Shown here one piece after another: positions 26,751-35,104 of a DNA stretch of 43,281 nucleotides. Source of the DNA: Candidatus Gottesmanbacteria bacterium CG_4_10_14_0_8_um_filter_37_24. GTDB taxonomy: Bacteria > Patescibacteriota > Microgenomatia > 2-02-FULL-39-11. Positions within the stretch are counted from its first letter, which is position 1. Each line of letters starts with the position of its first letter. Below the pieces are notes generated by a model. The model did no database searches. It was not told the DNA's origin and was given only the letters and a program-made list of their open reading frames with translations. The DNA is taken from positions 1 to 43,281 of the forward strand of contig PFMK01000091.1 of the NCBI GenBank assembly GCA_002785215.1, written 5' to 3'. A program made the position numbers and the translations under genes.

Positions 26751-27018
26751 TGGAACATATGGGCCACTGCATCATTCCCCTGATATGAATTTGACCGGTA
26801 GACGACTTTTATTCGTAAAAATGACATCAATAGGGACCGGGACTTTAACAATACGCAACGGACCCGATATATATAATCACTGGACTGATCAGGAAACATT
26901 CTATTTAGATTCTGGTACTATGCAAAGTCATCAATTTGTCGTACCGGTAAAGGATGCAATTTATGGTTTAAGGATTAATGGAAATTTCACAATGAAAATT
27001 ACAGCGTTTGCGATATAA
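26563..27018 (+). CDS. Collagen-like protein, C-terminal fragment (G-X-Y repeats plus a ~100-aa globular C-terminal domain)
   Basis: In the +1 frame the repeat resumes right after the G6 run: [41 protein letters not shown] beta-rich domain follows, ending ...[10 protein letters not shown]. Confidence 0.75.
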   Translation: MDQQDQLDPLGGMAGSTGPTGPSGLEGPTGATGIQGATGLIGPVGSTGVPGLLPTVAEFDLIDGTYGPLHHSPDMNLTGRRLLFVKMTSIGTGTLTIRNGPDIYNHWTDQETFYLDSGTMQSHQFVVPVKDAIYGLRINGNFTMKITAFAI

Positions 27019-27140
27019 TTATACATAGAATATCTCAATAACTAAATTATATCTTCCCTCATCTTTTACTTTTTTCCCCACGTTTGCAAATTACTACAAC
27101 ACGACATAGACCATCCGCCTCGGTGGCCTTATTATAACAA

Positions 27141-27195
27141 CTTGTGACTCCTTGGCGCATCACAGAGCGGAGTAAAGTATTAGATCTGTCTAGAT
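27141..27195 (+). repeat. Non-coding element B (related to element A)
   Basis: cttgtgactcc-ttggcgcatcacagagc-ggagtaaagtattagatctgtctagat, with ACUCC/GGAGU able to pair. It lies in the convergent intergenic region after the collagen-like gene. Confidence 0.4.
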
Positions 27196-27350
27196 GTTAT
27201 CAGTCTATTTGAAAAAGGTACTTAATATAAATACTTCTCTAAGAAGGAAGTATTTTATGTTTCAAAAAATATAAAAAGTATATAACAAATAACTAATAGG
27301 ATTCCCCCAATAATATTTGGATCGAACCTTATACTTACAGATAAAATTTA

Positions 27351-27965
27351 TTATCTCTTTATTTTTTTACATGCCTCTTTTGACGTAGTAATCCAGCTAT
27401 TATCTATCTGACAGCAAACAGTATCAATACAATTTTCAAGCGTCATCTTTTTTATTCCACCGCCACATTCTCTTGCAATTTGACAATCATATAGTGTTGG
27501 TGTTGGTATTTGGGTTATTACTAGACTTGAAGCGTTCCTATGGTATTCTTCACCATTTATAATATAACAAGCCCAAAGAATTTCATTCTGTTTTTTCGCT
27601 ATTTCGCTTTCTTCAATACTGGCTATTACATCTTTTCCGATTACAGATTTTAACCAATCTAATACTAATCCTCCAGGTGGACATTCCGTATAATTTTTGG
27701 CATAAATATCTAAAGCTTCCTCTCGGTCGCTTAATATTAGTATAGGAGTAGGAGTAATTACAGGAGTGGAAGTAGGAGTTACAGACGGTCGACGGAAAAA
27801 TGACATATCGAAAAATTTATTATTTTCAAACGGTTTTACTAAAAAAAATAATAATAAGATTACTACCACTCCAATAATTATTAAAAGTTGTTTATATGTT
27901 GGGGAAAATACAAACGTTATGCGGGGCTCTGTATTATTTTTCTGATTCTTTTCTACTTTTTTCAT
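27351..27965 (-). CDS. Membrane-anchored hypothetical protein with a Cys-rich C-terminus
   Basis: 204-aa ORF. TM helix LLIIIGVVVILLLFFLV, a Thr/Pro linker, and a C-terminal CQIARECGGG...CIDTVCCQ... Confidence 0.55.
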   Translation of the reverse strand: MKKVEKNQKNNTEPRITFVFSPTYKQLLIIIGVVVILLLFFLVKPFENNKFFDMSFFRRPSVTPTSTPVITPTPILILSDREEALDIYAKNYTECPPGGLVLDWLKSVIGKDVIASIEESEIAKKQNEILWACYIINGEEYHRNASSLVITQIPTPTLYDCQIARECGGGIKKMTLENCIDTVCCQIDNSWITTSKEACKKIKR

Positions 27966-28070
27966 AGGTTTTTATTTAAAACCCATTTAAAATACACCTA
28001 ATATCCATATTATTATCTATATGCCTTAAGTTAGCAATGACAATTGATTTTGAGTTATGACGAATGTATG

Positions 28071-28628
28071 TTAAGAATAAAATCCATCATATTTTCCATT
28101 ATTACCTTTTTTCGGATAATATTTATCAATCATGACATTACCCCCTATTTGGACTAATTCAAATACATATATCTTTTTTCCGTCATCAACCCAGCCACCA
28201 CCCATGTTATCATAACTAGAACGAGTTTCTTCTACCTCCACACGAAATCCTCTTTCAGCCTTCAATATGGACCCTAATTTGTATTCTGTGACTTTATATC
28301 CGAATCCTGCGGTCTTAAAGAGGCGTGGTGATGAATTCTCCAAGTCTAATGCCAGAAGAAAAGAGTATGTATCTGCTTCATCATTTGAAGAGGAGGGAGT
28401 GAAGAGCTTAAGAATGTCAGAGTTTCTTACCTTTTGAAGATCTTCAAATTTTATTACTACAGATTTAGCTACTTCTTCTGAGGAGGGAAAATCGGTTGGG
28501 GTAACAACTTTTGATGGTAGAGCAATTGGATTATTCGGTGTTTTTTCTGTTGTCTTAATAAGTGATTTTGTGGTATATCCTACAAAAAAAGCTAATATTA
28601 CAATGATTAAAACCCATACTTTGTTCAT
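28071..28628 (-). CDS. Membrane-anchored/secreted hypothetical protein
   Basis: 185-aa ORF with N-terminal anchor VWVLIIVILAFFVGY. I recognised no motif. Confidence 0.55.
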   Translation of the reverse strand: MNKVWVLIIVILAFFVGYTTKSLIKTTEKTPNNPIALPSKVVTPTDFPSSEEVAKSVVIKFEDLQKVRNSDILKLFTPSSSNDEADTYSFLLALDLENSSPRLFKTAGFGYKVTEYKLGSILKAERGFRVEVEETRSSYDNMGGGWVDDGKKIYVFELVQIGGNVMIDKYYPKKGNNGKYDGFYS

Positions 28629-28664
28629 ATAACAGAAATTATTTTTAAAATTAATCAGTTAAAT

Positions 28665-28847
28665 TTAATAGTCTTCAATAAATTTTGTAATTATCAATTG
28701 TGGACACTTTAAACCAAGTACATAATATATCCTCGCCACATTGTCGTTGTATTTATTTGTGAATAATATAGGAAAATTATTGTTTAATAAATCTTGTTTT
28801 ATATGTTTTCGTATTTTCTCTTTATCTAGTTTTATAAGTACAGTCAT
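28665..28847 (-). CDS. Small hypothetical protein (weak call)
   Basis: 60-aa ORF only. A further 56-codon Cys-containing ORF (28822-28992, minus strand) overlaps its start. Confidence 0.3.
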   Translation of the reverse strand: MTVLIKLDKEKIRKHIKQDLLNNNFPILFTNKYNDNVARIYYVLGLKCPQLIITKFIEDY

Positions 28848-29096
28848 CTACTTCAGCGTGTCGTCGATCATCTAAATATTTTGCTACTGATGTTGGTAAA
28901 CGACAGTCACTTAATAAGCCTCTTTCCAAGCAGGTGGTATTCCAAGAGTACAAATAAGCCTTATCAACTTTTTGGACACAGTCTGCAATCATTGTAGATT
29001 TCCGTTCTGCTTCCTGTTGGGCTACTATACCTGTTAAAATAATCTGTTCCTGTTGGGATTTGTTGTTAAAATACCCATACCCCTTTCGAGATATGA

Positions 29097-29146
29097 CCTA
29101 CACAAGGTTTCTGACGAGGAGCTCTCGCCCCTTGTGTAGGTTTTTT
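29097..29146 (+). terminator. Strong hairpin + U6 (intrinsic terminator/insulator) at the left edge of the defence operon
   Basis: cctacacaagg (29097-29107) pairs perfectly with ccttgtgtagg (29130-29140), followed by tttttt (29141-29146). The 22-nt loop contains a nested CGAG/CUCG stem. Confidence 0.6.
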
Positions 29147-29253
29147 CGCCATGCTCTCTTTTTTAGAGAGTTTAGGTATTAAACTATAAATATTTTACGC
29201 TAGTCCTTCAAAATACTCAACGAAAGAAGTAGAATAAAAGCAATTTACTTGAT

Positions 29254-29598
29254 ATGAGCAGTAGAAAAGAAACTCCTAAAATTACTAAGACAAAAGATGG
29301 TAAATTGGTTTCATGGCGACATCCTGGAGGTAAATTGCTACGAGTCGGTCCTGATTCTTTAACAGATAGTGAACTTATTGCGATTCTAATAGGTAGTGGG
29401 GTTCCAGGTAAATCAGCAGAATCTATTGCTAACGAACTTTTATCTCGTTTTCAATCTTTCAGAGGACTTGCAAATCAACAATTAGAAAAGTTTAAGGAGA
29501 TAAAAGGTTTAAAAACTGTAAAAGTTGTTAGAATTGCTGCTGCATTTGAAATTGCAAAGCGAATTGTTAATCAAGTTCTTAAAGAGAGAGAGAAATGA
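29254..29598 (+). CDS. RadC N-terminal helix-hairpin-helix domain protein (no JAB/MPN domain)
   Basis: LTDSELIAILIGSGVPGKSAESIANELLSRFQSFRGLANQQLEKFKEIKGLKTVKVVRIAAAFEIAKR matches the N-terminal third of RadC/UPF0758. The ORF stops where the JAB domain would begin. Its TGA overlaps the next ATG. Confidence 0.7.
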   Translation: MSSRKETPKITKTKDGKLVSWRHPGGKLLRVGPDSLTDSELIAILIGSGVPGKSAESIANELLSRFQSFRGLANQQLEKFKEIKGLKTVKVVRIAAAFEIAKRIVNQVLKEREK

Positions 29599-32500
29599 TT
29601 AGAAATCCCAATCCATTTGATACTACTATCACAAAGACAGAACGCACTGATAACCAAAAAATTGTGGAGTGGATGAACCAAATTATAAGAGAAGAAAATC
29701 TTCATTTTGGACTGGCAGAACAGGAAACAAGTGGTAGTGATAGAAAGCAACCAGACATTATCCTTTTTAAAGCTCCACAAAGTACATTAGTATCATTAGT
29801 ATTAGAACTTAAACCACCTTATTTTGACCCATTAGATTATGAAGAAGTGAAAAAACCAGCATGGGATAAAGCAAATATAAGAAAAGCTCCGTATTTTGCT
29901 ACGTCTAATTTTAAGAGTTTATATCTTTTTAACACCGAAAAAGCAAATAAGTTTGAATCAGAGGAACGACAAATAATCGATAAATATACCCTATCAAGTT
30001 TAGAAGATTTAAATTTAATAGAAGAACTAATATATAAGAACTCGATACTAAAGAGTCTTACTATCTTTTTAAAAGACCTTGATGGTTATGTACATGGCCA
30101 AAAACCGGAGAAATTACTGGCAATCGATGAGTGGTTAATTTATAGACTGCAGGAGAAAGTAAAGATACTTTCAAATTACTACCGAAGACTGATAGAAGAA
30201 AAGAGTCTAAATGATATTGAATTTAGAAAAAGACTGAGGATTTGGTTTAATAGACAAGGTTGGGGGTTTACAGCCCAAACACAAGATTTTGCTAAAGCAG
30301 CAAGGCAAACAGCTTATCTTCTGGTTAATAAGATACTTTTCTATGATGTATTACGTACATCGTTTCCCCAAAATTTCCCACAGATGCATATACCAGACGA
30401 TTTCAATAAAGGTGGAATGGTGCAAAGACATTTACAAAACTTTTTCGATGAGGTTTTAAAAATTGATTATGAAACAATTTATTCAACTGATTTTATCGAC
30501 GAAACAGCTTTTCCTGATGATGAAAATGTTATTTATCACATAAGGGAATTAGTAAAGAGTCTTAATCGTTTTAATTTTGCGAAGATAGAATTTGAAGTGT
30601 TGGGACGGATTTTTGAGAGTTTAATTCCTCAAGAAGAAAGACATGTTCTAGGTCAGTATTTTACTCACTCGGATATAGTCGACCTCATTCTTTCTTTTGC
30701 TATCAGAAATGAGAAAGATAAAATATTTGACCCTGGTTGTGGAGCAGGAACTTTTCTTCGTCGTGCTTACCATCTAAAGAAGTTAATAAATCCCAATCTT
30801 ACCCATGATGAAATCATTCCGACTCTTTGGGGAAATGATATTGCGAAATTTCCCGCACATCTTGCTACTATCAATTTAGCCATTGCTGATTTAAAGAGTA
30901 AAGATAATTATCCTCGTATTGTGCAAAAAGACTTCTTTGAATGGAGACCTGGAATTGTTGACCTTCCTGAAAGTACCAAAAAAGTGTTTTTAAAAAGTCT
31001 AGGTAAGGAGGAAAAAGAAGTAGTAGTTCCAAAGTATTTCGATGCGATTGTTGGTAACCCACCTTATACTCGACAGGAAGAAATGGATGATTTAATGGGA
31101 AGCCAAGGTCAGAAATATAAAGAGGAATTAATTGAAAAAGCAGTCAGAGATGAGAGTGGAAGGTTATATGCAAATATATCAAAACGTGCTGGTCTTCATG
31201 CATATTTCTTTGTTCATGGGACTAAGTTTTTAAAGAGTAACGGACGATTTGGGTTTATCGTTTCCAATTCATGGTTAGATGTTGATTATGGAAAAGGCCT
31301 TCAAGAACACTTTCTAAAACACTACAAATTAAAGGCGGTTATTGAATCGAAGATAGAGAGATGGTTTGAAGATGCAGAGATAAATACTTGTATTGTTTTA
31401 CTTGAAAAGTGTGAGGGTGAAAATAAAGAAAAAGCTAAAGAGCGAGAAGAAAACCTTGTTAGATTTGTTTACCTCAAAAAGTGTCTGTCAGAATTTATAC
31501 CTAAAGCATCAAGGATATTTGAAGAAACTGTTGAAAGAAAAGAATCGGTAGAAAGACTTTTACAATATATTTTTTCCAAAACTGTTTTTTTTGAAAATGA
31601 TGACCTTAGAGTTTACTGTAAACCTCAAAAGGAGTTATGGGATGAAGGCTTTGATGATGAAATGCAAGAATATACCGGTTCTAAATGGGGTAAGTATATT
31701 CGAGCACCACAGATATTTTTTACCATACTAGAAAAAGCTAAAGACCAATTGATTCCACTCAAAAAAATCGCTACAGTAAGACGGGGTATTACCACAGGTG
31801 CAAATGAATTCTTTTACTTAACTGAAGATGAGATAAAAAGGAAAAAGATAGAAAAAGAATTCTGGATGCATAAAGACGAAAGTGGCAAATGGGTACCAAA
31901 TTACATTATCAGGTCTCCAAGAGAATGTAAGAGTATTATAGTAAATCCTCAAGATTTGAAATATAGAGTTCTGTTGGTACATAAGAATAGAGATGAACTT
32001 AAAGGAACACATTTATTGAGTTACATAAAAGAAGGAGAAAGAAAAGGTTTTCATAAAAGGCCAACATGTGAAAGTAGAAAAAAATGGTGGGATTTGGGTA
32101 GAAGAAGACAAGCATTACTGAATGTTAATTATTTAATCAATGATGTAGGAAGAGCATACATTGGAAAATATTGGGCAAGTGATGATTTTCAAGAAATTCA
32201 TACGGAAAAGAAAATAGAGGTATTTCTTAACTCTTCTATTTTTTGGCTCTTTCAGAATATCGAAGGTAGGACATCTTTTGGGGGCGGTTTACTAAAAATT
32301 CAGACGTATGAGTTTAAAAATTTACTTGTGGTTATACCTAATGATAAAGCAATAGAGTTATTTAAGAAACTGAGTACGAGACAAATTAATTCAGTATTTG
32401 AAGAGATAGGTGCCAATACAAGTGATGAGGTATCTATGTCTAAAATAAAACCTGATAGACATATTCTTGATAGTGTAATTATGGGAAATATACTGGGATT

Positions 32501-33035
32501 GACAGAGTTAGAGCAAATCGAGGTATATAAATCGGTGATAGACTTAGTAAGAAGTCGACTAGAGAGAGCAAAAAGTGTTAAGAAAAAAAATAAGACCAAA
32601 GAGGGAATAGACATTTCATTACTTGTTAAAACAATAATAGATAAAATTGGAGAGAATAGACTTGGAGAATTTTATAGGAAACATATTTTGAGTAGAAAAG
32701 ATTTGAAAAAGATAATTTTACCTGAGCTTACAGAGTCCCCCACAATCAGTCAAACTTTAATGGATTTCAGACTTATAAGCGGACGTAAGTCTATTGACTG
32801 TAATACTGAAGAAGAAGCAAAGTATTGCAAAGTATTTTTAGAGGCTGGTTGGAGTGAGGTAAAAGTCCCAAAAGATGCAGAATATTTAGGAAATATCTTA
32901 CTTCAATTAGAAAAAATCGGCAGAGAAGTAAAAGAGGCAATCACTTATTATACCGAAGGTGTTTTAGATACAAAAATCCAGAATCAAGTTGAACATATAG
33001 TATGGCAGGAGGTTTCAAGTTTAGAAACAAATTAA
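29595..33035 (+). CDS. Type IIG-like fused restriction endonuclease / N6-adenine DNA methyltransferase (Eco57I/TaqI-like gamma class) with a C-terminal specificity region
   Basis: The N-terminal HsdR-N/PD-(D/E)XK-like motif is QPD54IILF...LVLE71LK73 (29754-29813). Motif X is GQYFTHSDIV and motif I is FDPGCGAGTFL (from 30729). Motif IV is GNPPY (NPPY at 31056-31067). A TaqI_C-like RRGITTGANEFFYL is present, plus about 450 more residues. Confidence 0.8.
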   Translation: MIRNPNPFDTTITKTERTDNQKIVEWMNQIIREENLHFGLAEQETSGSDRKQPDIILFKAPQSTLVSLVLELKPPYFDPLDYEEVKKPAWDKANIRKAPYFATSNFKSLYLFNTEKANKFESEERQIIDKYTLSSLEDLNLIEELIYKNSILKSLTIFLKDLDGYVHGQKPEKLLAIDEWLIYRLQEKVKILSNYYRRLIEEKSLNDIEFRKRLRIWFNRQGWGFTAQTQDFAKAARQTAYLLVNKILFYDVLRTSFPQNFPQMHIPDDFNKGGMVQRHLQNFFDEVLKIDYETIYSTDFIDETAFPDDENVIYHIRELVKSLNRFNFAKIEFEVLGRIFESLIPQEERHVLGQYFTHSDIVDLILSFAIRNEKDKIFDPGCGAGTFLRRAYHLKKLINPNLTHDEIIPTLWGNDIAKFPAHLATINLAIADLKSKDNYPRIVQKDFFEWRPGIVDLPESTKKVFLKSLGKEEKEVVVPKYFDAIVGNPPYTRQEEMDDLMGSQGQKYKEELIEKAVRDESGRLYANISKRAGLHAYFFVHGTKFLKSNGRFGFIVSNSWLDVDYGKGLQEHFLKHYKLKAVIESKIERWFEDAEINTCIVLLEKCEGENKEKAKEREENLVRFVYLKKCLSEFIPKASRIFEETVERKESVERLLQYIFSKTVFFENDDLRVYCKPQKELWDEGFDDEMQEYTGSKWGKYIRAPQIFFTILEKAKDQLIPLKKIATVRRGITTGANEFFYLTEDEIKRKKIEKEFWMHKDESGKWVPNYIIRSPRECKSIIVNPQDLKYRVLLVHKNRDELKGTHLLSYIKEGERKGFHKRPTCESRKKWWDLGRRRQALLNVNYLINDVGRAYIGKYWASDDFQEIHTEKKIEVFLNSSIFWLFQNIEGRTSFGGGLLKIQTYEFKNLLVVIPNDKAIELFKKLSTRQINSVFEEIGANTSDEVSMSKIKPDRHILDSVIMGNILGLTELEQIEVYKSVIDLVRSRLERAKSVKKKNKTKEGIDISLLVKTIIDKIGENRLGEFYRKHILSRKDLKKIILPELTESPTISQTLMDFRLISGRKSIDCNTEEEAKYCKVFLEAGWSEVKVPKDAEYLGNILLQLEKIGREVKEAITYYTEGVLDTKIQNQVEHIVWQEVSSLETN

Positions 33036-33082
33036 AAGTATTATTTTTATGAAAATAAATATTAAAAATTCATTTTACATTT

Positions 33083-35104
33083 ATGCTAGGTAAGAATATT
33101 AACGGATATAAAGTTGAGGAATTTTTAGGTAAGGGAGGATTTGGTGAAGTTTATAAAGCTACAAAGAATGGTTCTCAATATGCTATCAAGTTTATTCGCG
33201 AAGATTTTATATACAAGGATTATCAAAAAGAGTTATTACGGAGAGAAATAGCAGCACTTAGAAAAGTAAAAAGCAAATATACTGTAACTTTCTTCGAGGA
33301 TGGTACACATACAGAAGGTTATACTACTTATCGATATATTGTAATGGAGTTAGTAGAAGGACTTACTCTTAGAGAAATATTAGATAAGTATCCTAAACCA
33401 TGGCCACAAGATAAAGCCATCAAACTTATAACCTATGTACTTATGGGTTTATCAGATATTCATAAAAAAGATATTATCCACCGCGATTTGAAGCCAGAAA
33501 ATATAAAGATAACTCCAAATAAAGAAGTAAAAATATTAGATTATGGTTTATCAAAAATTATTGATTATTCCTCAATTACGCAAACAGGTGTACCAGTTGG
33601 CTCTTTTTTCTATATGTCTCCAGAGCAAGTGAAAGGAGAGAAGCCATTAAAATGTGGAAGCGACTTTTATGCTATAGGAGTTGTGCTTTATGAGCTACTT
33701 ACCGGTCAAATACTGTTTTATCCCTCCACAAATGCTGAAATAATACATAAAACTATTAATGTTAAACCACCATATCCAACTTCTCTAAACCCTAAAATAT
33801 CCAACAATATTGAGAATGTCATCCTTAAGTTATTAGAAAAGGAAGTATACCAAAGGTATAGGACTATTGATGAGATTATCGAGGCATTAAACCAAAAGCC
33901 TATTACAGCTGTATCTGTTGCAACAGATAGAATAAAATTCTATCCGCGGGTAATTCAAAATGACACAAATATATTACAAGACTTTCTTAAGAATAATGAA
34001 ATAGATGGTGCCGATTTCCCAATAAATCTACATGCTCAATATAAAACTTTAAGTGCACTTTTACGCAGAAAAGCTAGTAAAATTGATTTCTTTTCAGACC
34101 CAAGTACTAATAGAATGGTTTATACAAATTTCAGAAAAACAAAAGGTCTGAGAGAATTACCTTATGCTCCTTCCGGGTATGACCCACTTACGACAGACGA
34201 TTTTAACAGTCAAATATCTATACAAAACTATGCTCAGAAAGTTATTGAATTACAGATTGCAAATGGTTGCAGTATTCTGACTGCTCCATTTTTCTATTTT
34301 GATAATACCAGTGATGAATGGTTTGTAGTCAATCTAAAACTATTAAGGGAAAGCGTTGATTATGTCAGAAAAAAGTATCCGCAATATAAAGTATCTGGTG
34401 CTATCTGCACTCAAGCAGAAATACTATGTAGACCTAAAGAACGTAAGACAATAATTGAAGATTTTGGTAATTGTGCAATGGATTTTTGCCAATTTTATAT
34501 CGATAAAATTTCTGAGACTATAGTAGATGCACAACTTTATAATTTTATTTCTACAGCTTTAGGTATCAAAAACTATAACAAAGCCAGGATTGTTAGTTGT
34601 AGAGTACCAGTAGTCGCATTGGGATTATTGACGATTGGATTTGATGCTATTACTTCTGGTTTAGGTGTTTTAGACTCTTTTAATAAAGGCGTGATAATTA
34701 AAGAAGAAGATATTACAGTGATGCCAACGAAGTACTATTTTCCAGATTTACTTATATCAGTAACTTATAGCTCAAAAACTAGGATGTATCAGGATATTAT
34801 AGCCCAAGAGTCAGATTTAAAAAAACAGCTACCTCAACTAAATATTAAATTAAAGTGTGATTGTTCTGGATGCATGCATACTTCAATGTCGGATACATAT
34901 CAAAAACCCCGATTGCACTTTTTACATGCTATAAAGAAAGATATTGATGAAATAAACTCAATAAGTTCAGCACAAAGAAAGAGTTATTTTATAGAGAGAA
35001 TTGATAAGGCGTATGATTTACAACAGAAGCTCATTGGGAGAGGTATACGATTACAATCTCCAACTTTTTTAAAGACTTGGAAAGAGATTTTAATGAAATT
35101 TTAG
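33083..35104 (+). CDS. Hanks-type Ser/Thr protein kinase fused to a ~390-aa unassigned C-terminal domain (CxCxxC...H motif)
   Basis: The kinase core has GKGGFGEVYKA, AIKFI, HRDLKPENI, DYG and SPEQ within the first ~270 aa. The C-terminal region has alternating short hydrophobic strands and helices, and C592-D-C594-S-G-C597-M-H599 ... H612-F-L-H615 (from 34856). Confidence 0.8.
   Translation: MLGKNINGYKVEEFLGKGGFGEVYKATKNGSQYAIKFIREDFIYKDYQKELLRREIAALRKVKSKYTVTFFEDGTHTEGYTTYRYIVMELVEGLTLREILDKYPKPWPQDKAIKLITYVLMGLSDIHKKDIIHRDLKPENIKITPNKEVKILDYGLSKIIDYSSITQTGVPVGSFFYMSPEQVKGEKPLKCGSDFYAIGVVLYELLTGQILFYPSTNAEIIHKTINVKPPYPTSLNPKISNNIENVILKLLEKEVYQRYRTIDEIIEALNQKPITAVSVATDRIKFYPRVIQNDTNILQDFLKNNEIDGADFPINLHAQYKTLSALLRRKASKIDFFSDPSTNRMVYTNFRKTKGLRELPYAPSGYDPLTTDDFNSQISIQNYAQKVIELQIANGCSILTAPFFYFDNTSDEWFVVNLKLLRESVDYVRKKYPQYKVSGAICTQAEILCRPKERKTIIEDFGNCAMDFCQFYIDKISETIVDAQLYNFISTALGIKNYNKARIVSCRVPVVALGLLTIGFDAITSGLGVLDSFNKGVIIKEEDITVMPTKYYFPDLLISVTYSSKTRMYQDIIAQESDLKKQLPQLNIKLKCDCSGCMHTSMSDTYQKPRLHFLHAIKKDIDEINSISSAQRKSYFIERIDKAYDLQQKLIGRGIRLQSPTFLKTWKEILMKF

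Noticed and set aside
29011-29058. Direct repeat of tcctgttggg (two copies ~36 nt apart), considered as iterons or operator sites
   Set aside because: There are only two 10-nt copies in a T-rich region and no associated regulator or replication gene. The evidence is too weak to annotate.
29595-35104. Classifying the MTase + kinase pair as BREX type 2 / Pgl
   Set aside because: No PglZ (alkaline-phosphatase family), PglY/BrxC ATPase, BrxL or BrxHII-like ORF is present anywhere in the window. The MTase has its own nuclease motif, and the kinase protein is much shorter than the PglW I recall.
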